A DNA stretch of 64,000 nt from Callorhinchus milii (GCF_018977255.1 NW_024704743.1:69752001-69816000); one strand, 5' to 3'; positions 26,363 to 39,849 are shown, counted from the stretch's first letter. The notes: a model not told the origin generated them from the letters alone. Translations and numbers: made by a program.

Positions 26363-27639
26363 AATATTAAAAGACCTCATCAATAGACTGGAGAAAAATT
26401 AGCCCAATCATGTCCATCAGCCCAATCAATGTCTTTTTCCAGCCATTCCTGATATTTCTCTGGTAATCCTTATTTTGGTACGTGAATATGTTTATAATAA
26501 TAATAATCTTTGCATTTGATATAGCGCCTTATCATGTCTTTGTGACATCTCAAAGCACTTCACAGAATATACTGTTAAGTGAATTGACTGTATATTTTGT
26601 GGGCGAAACGCAGGCATAAAATACCACAAAATACAACTAGAACAATTAAATATTAACACTGATTTTTTTTTACTAGGAAATAGCTGCTGAGACTCTGGTT
26701 ACCCACTGAAAATCTACCCCGTGTTACTGGCAAATTTCTGAATTAACTCTTTAAATGACCGATTGGATAAGAGAATAACATGGAAAACTCTAACAAATGT
26801 CCTAGACATTTTACTGAAGAGTAAGCCATTTTGATTTTCTGTTGGTGCTGGGCTATGCCAGCTTCCCATTGGAGCGATCCACTCATTTCGTTGTATGCTT
26901 GTGTAGTATATCTTTATTCTTCAAGGTGTTTATTGAATGTTTTTAAATGTCATACTCAACTCAGTGTTTCACAACCATAACTAGTATTGCGTTCCACATT
27001 TGAATATTGGCTTGATTATCTTTGCCATCTTGTATAGATTCTATGCTTGTGCTCTCAAAAGGTTAATTATAGAAGCATGTACGAAGGTATTTACTATATT
27101 ACTGCATGATAATAGTAATATTTACAAATATTGTAAAGGGAAGAAGGTGAATAGCACTGGCATAAAAGGTGGCACTAAGTTTAGTATGTTAAGTTTCAAC
27201 CCTGAGATTTCTTTTGTGCAAAGTTTGGATTTTCATTTTTCATGTATGCATCTGTGGAAGAGCAGTAGTGGATAGATTGAGGGTGGATAATTGCTCTTTA
27301 AATAGCTGCATTGTATAACATCATCAAAATATGATTGATTAACAATCGTTCTTTTAATAAAAATTTTAGGCACATTCGGCCCAACAACCTTGATTTACTG
27401 AACCCACCTAATTACTTTCTCCCCAGATCTCTCAATTGTTACCTCATCTTCACTCCAGAGAGGCATTTTGTGATCAAATTCATTGTTTTAACATTTAACT
27501 ATGCCAAAATTTATCAAATAGTCTTAAATTCAATATTAATTTGGAAGCTGATTCTCCACAGTCAGTTTTGGGCACTGCAGAAAATTTGCTTTCAAATTAA
27601 GATTAAATTGAAGATTGATTCCAAAATTCTGCATGATTT

Positions 27640-27975
27640 AAAATTTTTGGGGACTCCTTGTTTGTTAAACCTATTCCAGTCATGGCATTGCCTGGTAATC
27701 TATTACTCTATGTGTAAAAAAGGTCAGGCTAACTTTCTTTCTTACTACTGAGAATATTTTTTTTTAACTTGTGTCCCTGAGAACATTTGGCTACAGGGAA
27801 CAACATTTCCAGATCAATCTTGTCAATTTTCTTCATAATTATATGAAATAAAATTTTCAAAGAGAACTTATTAATTTTCCCTTCCACAAGAAACTTCTGA
27901 TATTCAGAATCAATTTGGTTGTTCACCCTCTACTCTTCTCAAGGGCAGTAATTTCCTTCCTGTAAATTGATGGCC
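27640..27975 (-). mobile_element. CR1 3' fragment
   Basis: KIDKIDLEMLFPV...GHKLK and rc of ttttacacatagagtaatagattaccaggcaatg. Confidence 0.6.
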
Positions 27976-28545
27976 AGGAACTTTGGGGGGTTTAATTATA
28001 AATCATTGTGAGTAAGGTCACTTCACTTTATGTTGGTGCTCCAGCCAGAATATATCAAATATTCTGCAATTGTATTTGAAACATCATTTGAATATTCATA
28101 TAGTGGTATGACTATCAATCTGAAAGCTCAATACAATGTCATTTTGACTGTGAAATTAGAAATTTCTCTTAAGTATTGAATTGAACATTGAACTGCATGC
28201 ACATTTACTTTGGTTTTTGACCTTTCTTCCACGGTGGTCTATGGGGTGTGAGTGTTAATCGCTATGGCAGTAATCACTGTGACCATACTTACTGCACTGT
28301 GCAAATCAGACACTCTTTCACAGCACAGTTTGTTTATCAGTCAGGCCTTGATTCAGCACATTGGTGACAAGTAAATAATGGGATTGCAGGATCTGCAAAA
28401 TGTCAGAATGAAGTATGTATTGTACAATTATCTCTGTGTACTGTTCACTGAGCAATGCTAATCAAACATGCTCGCTGCTAAGAAGACAGTCATATTATCA
28501 CTGTAAAAAGTTAACACAAGGCAATTATTTAAGGAATAGATTAAA

Positions 28546-29210
28546 CGTGGTCCAACTGGCGCAGCCTCCGGCCCGGGAGGTGATTTTATCCGGCCCGAGA
28601 CCATTTACAACATTCCAACTTCCACTCACTCCCTCCCTGGTGAACGTCCTCCCAGGGCAGCGGTTGGCGGGACTCAGCGCGGAGAGTGGCAATAATACCG
28701 TCCATTACTGCAGTCTGTCAGGCAGGCAAGCCTGTCTCTTACCAACCCCGTCCTTAGCAACTGTCGGCTCCTGTCACTGCAGATAGTGAAACGTGTGGCT
28801 CATTGCGAGAGAGGGATCGAGAGGGGCAGAGGGAGGGGAGAGGGGAGAGAGAAGAAGAGACGGGGAGACTCAGGGGAGATGTGGAGAAAGTAGAGGAGAG
28901 AGTATGTGTGGGAGAAAGAGATAAGAAAGAGGGAGTGAGAGAGAGATTGTGTGTGAGTGAGAGAAAGTGGTTGAGAGGGAGAGAGCAGAGAGAGATTGAG
29001 AGAGGGGGGAGAGAGAGAGAGTGAGCATGAGCGAGAGAGAGAGTGTGAGAGCTGGAGGGAGTGAAGAGGAAGAGGAAGAGGGGCAGAGAAAGAAACAGAG
29101 GGAGAGTGCGGGGGTAGACTGAGAGAGTGATTGAGAGAGAGTTTGGGAGGGGATAGAGAGAGTGTGTGAGAGAGAGGGGGATGAGAGAGAGTAATTGAGC
29201 AAGGGAGAGA

Positions 29211-29249
<39 letters not shown>

Positions 29250-29731
29250 GGGGCGGGAGAAAGAGGAGGAGAGGGGGAGAGAGTGTTTGAGAGAGAAAAT
29301 GTGTGAGAGGAGAGAGAGTATTTGCAAGAGAGTGCGTGAAAGAGTGGGGTAGAGAGAGTGATTGAGGGAAAGAGAGCACATGAGGGAGAGTGGGAGAGAG
29401 AGAAATAAAAAGAGTGAGAGAAAGCAGAGAGAGGCTCTCTGGAGTCGCTCTGACTCATTCCCTTCCTCCCCTCATTCAAGGCACATCACAACCTAACTCT
29501 TTGAACACGCTTTTTGGTCATCTATTCCCCTCCCCATCCCACTTCTCTCGGCTCCCATCCCCAACTCGGGTGCCCAACTGACCTTGTCAAGATGTCCTTA
29601 ACATGAAAAAGGTGCTGTGTAAATGTTATTATGTTTCTGGAAGGGAAAATACAAAATATTGCTTACGTGGCCTGCGGACCTTTCTCAAATAGAGAATCCG
29701 GCCCGCGGCAGCCAAAAGCTTGGAACACCTG
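28546..29731 (+). mobile_element. Non-autonomous hAT/Charlie-like DNA element with low-complexity interior
   Basis: Left gtggtccaac...ccggcccg...tttatccggcccg; right gtggcctgcgg...tccggcccgcggcagccaaaagcttggaacacctg, typical Charlie subterminal ggcccg motifs and ttggacac.cctg-type end. Confidence 0.65.
28805..29432. repeat. Polypurine (GA)-rich low-complexity tract with embedded (GT)n
   Basis: Mostly G/A on the + strand; gives the spurious Ser/Leu-rich ORFs. Confidence 0.95.
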
Positions 29732-29829
29732 AATTATAACATTAACAGAGAGTAAAACTGCATAGCTTGACCACTTTTAACTTAAGGTTTACTTGCTTAG
29801 CAAGTAAAGGTTGTTATGTACCTTTATCT

Positions 29830-30155
29830 CTTCTGGTGTCTCTCGATCCGTCCACTCCACAATTGGCATCCATGCCCTCAGCAACTACCCTCCCAAACTC
29901 TGGAACTCCCTGCCTCACTCCCTTTACCTTGCCCGCTCTTGGCACGTCTCCATACCAATGCCTTGGGACGTCCTCCCGACGTGAAAGGCGCTATACAAAT
30001 GTAATTTTTTTGTTGTTCATATCGCACCTGAAAATTTTCCTCTTCAACCGTTCCTATGGTCACCTTCTCTCTCTCTGCCTGGCTCAGCATCAAGTTAAAC
30101 ACTCCAAGAATCTATCCCACATGAAGGGAGCTATATTAGTACAAGTTGTTGTTAT
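29830..30155 (+). mobile_element. L2 3' end containing a second nested L2 tail
   Basis: aactctggaactccc...[ttgggacgtcctcccgacgtgaaaggcgctatacaaatgtaa(ttg)]...ctcttcaaccg...second tail. Confidence 0.7.
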
Positions 30156-30366
30156 GTTGCTTTCATTCAATATGATTACTGCAAACTCCTATCATTTCCA
30201 AGACACGTTCCAAGGACTGGACAGAGAGCCCAACCCCACTAGCTTTCTCTCGAAAGGAGCCACATAACACTGGTCACCCCCCTTGCTGCCACTCCTTTAC
30301 AATGCTTAGCAAGCAACCCCATCTTTGTAAAGTGCTCTGAGACAGTATCCTACATGAAAAGTCCTA

Positions 30367-30735
30367 TAATAATAATAATCCTTGCATTTGATATAGCATC
30401 TTATCACGTCTTCAAGACGTCGCAAAGTGTTTCCCAGAATATACTGTAAGTGAATTGACTGTATATTTTGTGGGCGAAACACGGCAGCCAATTGCGCACA
30501 GCAGTGTCCCACAAACAGTCGTGGATTGAGTGATCAAATTATTATTATTTTAATTTATTTTTTAAAGGGAATATTACCCATGGTAAAGCAATCCGCCAAT
30601 CAACTAACAACCCGGTTCCTACTTACTGCTAGGTGAACAGAGGTGTGCGTAGTAAGGAAACTTGCCCAACATTTCGCCCTGCCGGGTCCTCTCGCTTATG
30701 CTCGCAGGAGTGCTCTAACCACTGAGCTCCAGGAA
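30367..30735 (-). mobile_element. tRNA-derived L2-tailed SINE (long subfamily)
   Basis: Core and tail as at 4965 plus extra segment aacccggttcctacttactgctaggtgaacagag. Confidence 0.88.
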
Positions 30736-31214
30736 TGCTGATAAACATACAATTTATTCCTTATATTTTAAACATATTTTTCCTGTACTGGAGATTTGAG
30801 AGAATTAGAATATGTATCTGAAGATCAGATATATCTGAGCTCTATGAATTAAGGTTTTGCTCTTTGTTACTAATTTGCACTGTCTTTAAACCAATCTTTA
30901 AGCTTTATGGAGGAACATTGTACGTACAAGCTTGTACATTTCCCTTTTGCTATCTTTCTCAGGATATTGTCAATGTCAATTTCCCTATTTTAATTACATT
31001 CTGCTTTTAGGGTTCTTCTGTAAGACTGTCCTCTGGGCCAGGTAGCTTTACAAATCCGAAACAATTATCTGTGACTTTACAGACCTATTTACCTGAAATG
31101 CACACGCAGATACACACATTACACAAACATATGTTAATTTTTTAAAACCATTTTCTAAACTCTTAATTTGTGCGTCCACAAAAGTTTAATATCACAATGT
31201 CAAATTAAGTACTG

Positions 31215-31380
31215 TAATTGGGTGGATAGATATTTGGGGAGGACAAATTTGCAAGGCTATGGGGAGAGACCGAAGAGTGGGATTTATTTGGATAGCTCTT
31301 TCAAAGAACCGGCCCAGATACGATGGGCTGACTGGTCTCCTTCAATGCTGTATAATTCTTTGATTCTATAACTCTATGAC
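31215..31380 (+). mobile_element. CR1 3' end
   Basis: Matches 10425-10580. Confidence 0.75.
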
Positions 31381-32174
31381 TTATCTCAGCTATTGTAAAA
31401 TGCTGCATTTCTAACAAGAAGAATCAATCAGGTATTTACCAGTTAAAATCATGGAAAATTTACAGTAAAGAGTTGGGTCTTGCATATCATCATGTAACCA
31501 TGTAAATGAGCATAAACATCCAGAAGTCAGAAAAAAATCTCTTATTATTTTATAATTCAACTGCATCAGAATACTTGCTGGAAAAAGGCATTTGGAAGCT
31601 AAGGAAATACACAGAGCCGAGCAGAATCTAAATTGGATTGAGAGTATGCCACATGACTCAAACTTAATGACTCAAACTGAAGGAGCGTGAAATTTTATTT
31701 GACTTTGATTTTCGAAAACACTAGGCCTTATGCTTATTACAAAATAGATGCAAAGCGAAACTGCTGTGAAACAGTTTATTACTACTTCAGTAAAATCCTT
31801 TCCTCCTGTTAACTGACCCAGTTAATTCGTAGTCAGTTGTCAGTATAACGATCAGTATTCCAGACAAATGAATACCAGGAATGGAAGACTGAAATTCCCA
31901 ATGTAAGATTAGAATGGAAATGTTTCAACATTAAAATTAGAGAAAGGAATACAGTATTTATTGTACATATATTGTACAAGTGCGTTTAAGACTAATTTAT
32001 AAGTGTATTTGTAATGTATTGTTTCTCTTAGTTTATCCATTACCTTTTTTTAGTTGAATAACTTTTAATTGTTAATCCCAGTCATTATTAACAATCTATG
32101 CATTATATAAAATCACTTGAATTTCTGACTATTACAGTAAATATGGAACATAAATTATAATAATCTTTGAAGTT

Positions 32175-33150
32175 AAGAACATAAGCGATAGAAACAAGAG
32201 TAGACCATTCAGACTGACAAGGTTGTTCCACCATTTTATTAGATCATGTTTGATCTGCAGCCTTGTACAACTTCCTTGCTTTCTCACTATGTCTCTTGAT
32301 ATCCCTGCCTACCACATATTCATCAACCTCCCTCTTAAATATTCCAATAGACCTGGCATTTATAACCTTTTGGAGCAGTGAATTCCACATTTCCAAAACC
32401 GTTTGCATGAAAAAATGTTCCCCGATTTCTCTCTTAATTGCTCTCGTTCTATCTAAGTGCTTAATTTGTCAATATCCCTTTACAATTTTCTGCTCCCCTA
32501 TTCACAACTTACTATCCATCCTGTGTTAGTCTCATCTACAGATTTGCATACAGTCCTCTACTCCTCCATCCAGGTCATTTTTATGGTGAAAATCTGAGGC
32601 CCAAGTACAGATCCCTGTGGGATACAACTTGTTACCTTCTACCAGAGAATGTTGTCTCCTACTTCCCAACCCAATTCCAACCCATGCCACAAGTGATGTC
32701 TCCAATTCCATGCAAATAAAGTTTAGCCAATAGCTTTCAGTGTGGAATCTTATTAAATATCTTCTACAATACCCATGGATCTTTCCTTATCCATCATGTT
32801 CCTGACTTTGTAAAAAAAACACTTGTTTTGTCAGACATGACTTAACCTTCCCAAAGCCATGCTGACTCTCTTTGGTCAGTTTGTTCTTGTTAAAGTGCTC
32901 AGTTACTCCATAATGATGGATTCTAGTAATTGTCGCACAAGACTTTAGTTCTCTGATTTCTTCCTTCTTCCCTTCATGAATGATGCAAAATTCCAATCCA
33001 TAGACATGTTTCCTGAATCCAGGGAGGAAAATAACAACTGACGCATCTGCAATCTTTTCACCTATTTTTTTTAATACACTATCAAAGTGGAAACCATCAT
33101 GTCCTGGAGATTTGTCTACTTTGATTCCCTTAATTTATCCATTACCATTA
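32175..33150 (-). mobile_element. CR1 LINE, degraded, with internal deletions
   Basis: ESQHGFGKVKSCLT motif; rc of gtatcccacagggatctgtacttgggcctca (VPQGSVLGP); CR1 tail near 32175. Confidence 0.8.
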
Positions 33151-33229
33151 TTGGAACTGATAACAATACAGTACCTTATCACACTGAAATATCTCAAAAT
33201 TCTTCACAGAAACTCCATTCCGAGGCAAA

Positions 33230-33485
33230 CACAAATGTCAATTTCTGCACAATATTGTCACATGAAAACGGCCATGAAGTGAATGACCAATTATTTATTC
33301 TGGGAAATTGTTGGCAGGACTCTGGTTAAAAACTCCCTTCTGTTTTTGAATAGTGCCATGAGATTTTTAAAGTCCCTTGAACATCAAAACCCCCAAACCT
33401 TGGGTTAGCATTTCATCCAAAAGACGGCAAGTCTGACAATCCAGTGATCCCCAACACTGCACTGCATTGTCAGATTAAAGTCCCA
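33230..33485 (-). mobile_element. Old Deu-domain SINE
   Basis: ttgaatagtgccatgagatttttaa...tttcatccaaaagacggcaagtctgacaat is the rc of the Deu core. Confidence 0.6.
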
Positions 33486-35334
33486 ACAGCACAACTGCTA
33501 TTCCTGTTATGTTTTATGTGAACTATGACCATGATCAGATCAGAGAAATTGATCTTACTGTGGTAACAACAGCTTGCATTTCTATAGCAACTTTCATGCA
33601 AATGTTATGGAAATCCACCAAACAAGAGATTTAAAGATGTTGAGAAAACCTATGGTCAAAGCAATATTTTAGGAGCCTTTGAAAGGCAATTATTCTCCTA
33701 AATAATTATCAAATATTTACTAAAATAGAAGTAAAAATGTGCGTGAGATATGTGCACAGATTTTTATTACTATACTTAAATTGTGATTTGAATACTTACT
33801 GAATAAAACATTAAGTCATAGGATATAGCTCAACAGTAAGAACTTTGAGTTAATAATGTGTTGCAGCTGTTGGGATAAAGGGGTAGTGCCATGGGATCGT
33901 TTTAATCCATGTGAACAAGTCCTGATGTGGGGCTTGAATTCACAACCTTCGGAATAAGAGGCAGGAATGCTACAACAACAAGACTTGGAGACCACAGAGT
34001 GTGCAATGGAGTACTGCTAGAGTTTAATCAGTTAAAACTGCATAGCTTGCTATTGGAAACATTGGCTGGCAACTTGTCCAGCAAGGACCACTCTACCTGT
34101 TTGGATATTGACTTGCAGGGTTAGCAGAAGCTGAGTGGGAAGAATGCCTACTGTCAGTGACTGGTCTGTCCCTCCAAATCCTGCTGATGAGCCATTTTTA
34201 AATTTGGTACATTTAAGTTGGAGTGTGACAAAAGTCAGTGAATAGATAAAAAGGAACCTGTAGAGCAGAATCAGAGAGAATAATAGTTGCCACAATGATA
34301 TAAATGATTGAAAACAATATTATGTCTTTAAATAGTTGGAATGGGTTACAAGTAAGATGGTGGAGACCAGAAGGCTGGAACCATTTAATAAACAGCTTAA
34401 TTCAATGAACAATGAGTAGGCGACAGTGCCAGTATTCAGGAAAGGCGAGATCAAATGAACCAAATTATCCAAACTTCTCTTGCGACTGTAACTGAAAGAA
34501 CCACTGTTTGTAGAAACTGACAAAAAGCAACAGAACAGGATGATCAAAAGCAGACAGCAGTCAGAGCTGCAAATGAGACAAAAATAGAAAGGAATAACCA
34601 CACATAATGACAAAAATAAGGAACGGCATTAGCATAAAAATAAGAAAAATACAGCACTGTGTATATGGAAATGTGTCAATTTAGTTTATGCGACATAATG
34701 GGTTTACTTGGTCATTGCTTTGAATTTCTGCTGATGGAACTATTCATGAACAAGTATTGACAATCCCAACAATAACAACAACCGTTTTTTTCTCCTGGTG
34801 GCAGAAAATACAGATGGAATGAATAATTCTGTAGTGAGACTAGAGGTTAGAAGAAAACATCAAAACCTCAGAAGAAGAGAAACCATGAAAGGAAAGTCGA
34901 AACCGAACGAGAAGACCAACTTTCAAACTGAAAAAAATAGTTGTAATTAAAACCAAATGTCACTATCGTGTATATATTATATGTTATAAAACTTGGCTGG
35001 GAGTTAGTTACCAAATCCTGTCCTTTGCAATGTTATCTACTGAACACAGAATCAAGATAATGTGACACAACATAAACAGGCTGTTCACCTGATGTTTTCC
35101 CTATTTCAGGCACCAAATCTATGAACTGGCTCTAAGGTGATAGGGTCCTGGAATCGGGTCAATCATCCTCATGTTTAGTCATCTGTTCCCTCCCAGCCAC
35201 CCCACCTTGGTTCCCAACCCCTGCGAAGGTGCCAGGCCAGGAATCTTAAAGAGCTTGGGATATCCTCCCAATGTGAAAGACACTATATAAATGTAAATTG
35301 GTATTGTATCCTATTCTTCATCAAACAAATGCTG

Positions 35335-35381
35335 TGTATATATCTATATATATATATATATATATAAAGGTGTGTATATAT
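35335..35381. repeat. (TA)n microsatellite
   Basis: Direct reading. Confidence 0.9.
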
Positions 35382-36083
35382 AAAGGGAACTTGAAAATGG
35401 AAACGTGTTTACAAATAAAACAAAAACCAAGGAGCCAGTGATAAAATAAAATGTTTAGACAGTTCTGTTTTCTTGCTGATACTGCTAACATTTATATTGC
35501 AACAAGTCAAACATTAATGTCACATGCTTGTGTCTTACTGCCTGCCTTGCACTTGATGTTAATAGGATTTATTTTGCTTTTTACCCATCCTGAGTGTCCA
35601 TAAATCCTTTAAAATGACGATCAGTAACACAGCAACTTTAATAAAGTATTTCACTGAAGACACCCACAGACTGAAATCTCAAAATCTATTGCATTAACAC
35701 AGCTGTGCGAGCAGATCCAAAGCAAAGTCAGCTCACACGAGCACTGCTGAACCACTTGTCTTTTTTTTAAAAATTTTTTTTAAAAAAAGTTGCTATTTTC
35801 TCAATCCAACCACGAAACCAGAGGAGCACATAAAGGAACAAGAGACGAGGAGGTAAATGTCACCCAATGCTACTGCCAAATCGCAGAATATCACAGCAAA
35901 CATTAAAGTCGTTTTTCAGGATGAAACCCTCGGGCTAACAGTATCCCAGAGATGCAAAAGCACTCCATAACAACAACAACAACAACAACCACCACCACCA
36001 CCTGCACGGATGCAGCGCCCTTCCGGGGCAGTGTAGCGTCTCAGAGCGCTTTAAAAAAAAACCTTGGGAGGGGGGAGAGGGGG

Positions 36084-36085
<2 letters not shown>

Positions 36086-36114
<29 letters not shown>
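36086..36114. repeat. (CA)n microsatellite
   Basis: Direct reading. Confidence 0.95.
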
Positions 36115-36115
<1 letters not shown>

Positions 36116-36204
36116 CGGAAGAAACGGCAAAGCTTTATTGTCACCGGGAAATAACTAAAGATGTCAAACGAGCCTCAGCGCCTTTACCGACCCGGTACAC
36201 AACC

Positions 36205-36229
36205 NNNNNNNNNNNNNNNNNNNNNNNNN
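36205..36229. other. Assembly gap (25 N)
   Basis: Run of n. Confidence 1.
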
Positions 36230-38080
36230 CCCTCACACTGACCACCCCCCTCACACTGACCACCCACCCCCCCCTCACACTGACCACCCCCCTCACATGA
36301 CCACCCCCCCTCACACTGACCACCCCCCCTCACACTGACCACCCCCCTCACACTGACCACCCACCCCCCCCTCACACTGACCACCCCCCTCACACTGACC
36401 ACCCCCCTCACACTGACCACCCACCCCCCCCTCACACTGACCACCCTCCTCACACTGACACCCCCCCTCACACTGACCACCCCCCTCACACTGACCACCC
36501 CCCTCACACTGACCACCCACCCCCCCCTCACACTGACACCCCCCCTCACACTGACCACCCACCCCCCCTCACACTGACCACCCCCCCTCACACTGACCAC
36601 CCCCCTCACACTGACCACCACCCCCCCTCACACTGACCACCCCCCCTCACACTGACCAGCCCCCTCACACTGACCACCCACCCCCCTCACACTGACCAGC
36701 CCCCTCACACTGCCCAGCCCCCTCACACTGACCAGCCCCCCTCACACTGACCACCCCCCCCTCACACTGCCCAGCCCCCCTCACACTGACCACCCCCCCT
36801 CACACTGACCACCCACCCCCCCTCACACTGACCACCCCCCGTCACACTGACCACCCCCCCTCACACTGACCAGCCCCCCTCACACTGACCACCCAACCCC
36901 CCTCACACTGACCAACCCCCCTCACACTGACCACCCACCCCCCCCTCACACTGACCAGCCCCCCTCACACTGACCAGCCCCCCTCACACTGACCAGCCCC
37001 CCTCACTGACCACCCACCCCCCTCACACTGACCAGCCCCCCTCACACTGACCACCCACCCCCCCTCACACTGACCAGCCCCCCTCACACTGCCCAGCCCC
37101 CTCACACTAACCACCCACCCCCTCACACTAACCACCACCCCCCCTCACACTGACCAGCCCCCCTCACACTAACCACCCACCCCCCCTCACACTAACCACC
37201 CACCCCCCCCTCACACTGACCACCCCCCTCACACTGACCACCCCCCTCACACTGACCACCCCCTCACACTAACCACCCCCCCTCACACTCACCACCTACC
37301 CCCCTCACTGACCATCCAGCCCCTCACACTGACCCCCCCTCACACTAACCACACCCCTCACATTGATCACCCCCCCTCACACTAACCACCCACCCCACTC
37401 ACACTGACCCCCACCTCACACTGACCATCCATCCCCTCCCACTGACCCCCTCACACTGACCACCCCCCTCACACTGACCATCCAGTCACTCACAGACCAT
37501 CCAGCCCCTCCCACTGACCATCCAGCCCCTCCCACTGACCATCCAGCCACTCCCACTGACCATCCAGACCCTCCCACTGACCATCCAGCCACTCCCACTG
37601 ACCATCCAGACCCTCCCACTGACCATCCAGCCACTCCCACTGACCATCCAGCCCCTCCCACTGACCATCCAGACCCTCCCACTGACCATCCAGCCCCTCC
37701 CACTGACCATCCAGCCCCTCCCACTGACCATCCAGACCCTCCCACTGACCATCCAGACCCTCCCACTGACCATCCAGACCCTCACCCTGACCACCCCCCC
37801 TCACAGACCATCCCCTCACACTGACCACCCAACCCCCCCTCGCACTGACCATTCAGTCCCCTCACACTAACCTCCCCCACTCAACACCCAGCCCCTCCCC
37901 CACTCAACACCCAGCCCCTCCCCCACTCAACACCCAGCCCCTCCCCCACTCAACACCCAGCCCCTCCCCAACTCAACACCCAGCCCCTCCCCCACTCAAC
38001 ACCCAACCCCTCCACACTCAACACCCAGCCCCTCCCCCACTCAACACCCAGCCCCTCCACCCCACTAACCATCCAGCACC
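36230..38080. repeat. Compound C-rich minisatellite
   Basis: Units ctcacactgaccac(ccac)ccccc (18-23 bp), then ccactgaccatccagcccctc (21 bp), then actcaacacccagcccctccccc (about 23 bp). Confidence 0.97.
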
Positions 38081-38979
38081 TCCCTAATTTTGGATTGGTG
38101 ATTTTCTGCTTCCCTACCAGCCTCATTGGACAGCCTGTTGGAGGAAGGAAGAAACGCGGTGAGAATGTGGCTGATAATAACTCATCTTAGACTAATAATG
38201 AGAGAAAGGGAAAATAAAGTCCTGGTCAGTTTTTAATGCTGAAATGTGAATAGAGGGCAACCAACAGCGAGACTGAGAGCAGTGTACCTTTTCCCCTCCA
38301 AAGCACTTCTTTTATCTCAGAATTAAAAATAAGTTACAACACACAACACACAGTTGTCATTTTTCCAATCTGAAGTCAAAAGGAAAGGATGTCAAAATCC
38401 ACTACAATGTAAGTTTAAAGGCAAAGAGATAAGTAAAAAAATCAAATTATTTTGCATAAGACCAAATATTTAATAGAAAACAAGGGTTAGCATAAGCCAA
38501 GTGGATCAGACTGCCCTACGGGGCAAGTTGATAAATGAAAGACACTGAAAAGTCACTCAGAGGTCACTTAGCTTCAGCAACTCACCATTATTGGTCCTTA
38601 AGGCCATAAGATTGTATTTGAGGAAACCTGAGCGCTGTATTTTTCCTATTTTCAAGAGTATTTGGTTCCAAGAAGAACTGCAGGAACAACAACAACAAAT
38701 TGCATTTATATAACACCTTTCACTTTGGTAGGTTATCCCAAGGTGCTGCAATGCACCACATCACAGGAATACAAAACAAGCGGAAAGGAGAATGGTCAGT
38801 GTGTTGGCCCATTTGCTTCAAGTCATGTCCTTTGGAACCCAAAAAGAACTTGGATTTGAATAACACCGTTTACGTAAAGTAAAGTATAACCTTCCAGAGG
38901 AGAAAATTGTCATCACTGAAAGTGAGAAGGTTCAGAGGAATGGCCTAAGCAAATGAAAAGGAAGAACAGTAAATGTACA

Positions 38980-39590
38980 AGAACCCACAGACTGAGTGAA
39001 TTCTATTGTCATTGTAGAAAAGATGCTAAGAATATATTTGAAATTAAGGGATCTAAACAATAATTGGAAGAGAGTGTTATAAACTTTCCATATTGAAGAA
39101 CATACATACCAAGTTGGAAGGAGCCAAATATTTCACAATTTCAGATTTTTCACAGGGATATTGGCAAGTAAAATTGACTGAAAATAGCTTGCATTTAACT
39201 ACATTCAACACATCACTCAGTAGATATCTGTTTTTGAGAATGCCTTTTGGCATTAAATAATGCAGATTTTCAAAGATACTGATGGAGTCACAAACCTTGT
39301 TAACAGGAAGAGCATAACAAGAGACAAGAAGCTGCTTTTCCAAATTATAAAAAGGAAAACATAAAGCTCAAAGGAAATAAATATAAGATACAAGGGACTA
39401 TGGTTAGATATATGGGCATGTGCTCTTGTAAAAAGTCTATCCCCAGATCCAGAGAAAGTGAGAGTCATAAAAGAAATGCCAGCACCAGATGACAAGAAAG
39501 GTAATAAGAGGCTTATTGAAATAAATTCACTGGCACAATTTATACCACATTTGGTTAACGTGATCTAACCTTTAAAGCAGTAAAGACAAA
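38980..39590 (+). mobile_element. Ty3/Gypsy LTR-retrotransposon pol relic, reverse transcriptase
   Basis: EPTD*VNSIVIVEK.LRIYL..RDLN; AKYFTISDFSQGYWQVKLTENSLHLTTFNTSLSRYLFLRMPFGI; LSPDPEKVRVIKEMPAPDDKK...LAQFIPHL....PLK. Confidence 0.9.
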
Positions 39591-39849
39591 TCTAAAATTT
39601 GAACCAATGCACTGCAAGAAATGACACAATAAAAGTAATAATAATAATCTGTAAACTAGTCCAACAAGGCTAGGCTATCTACCGGATTGGCATTTGCCCA
39701 CCGAACAAATACTTCACAGTAAATCCCTAGAAGTGATTTGGGATATCCTCCTGACGTGAAAGGCGTTATGCAAAATATAACAGTTGTTATTATGATTATT
39801 AACAATAGAACCAGATCTATAATTTTATACAACAACAAATTCCATTTGT

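Noticed and set aside
28754..29479. 241/193/169-aa Ser/Leu-rich ORFs
   Set aside because: Artefacts of the GA-rich tract lacking stop codons
36184..37852. Repetitive ORFs (GGQCEG, VVSVRG, GLDGQWE) and CRISPR-like periodicity
   Set aside because: Translations of a minisatellite; there are no unique spacers or cas genes and the DNA is eukaryotic
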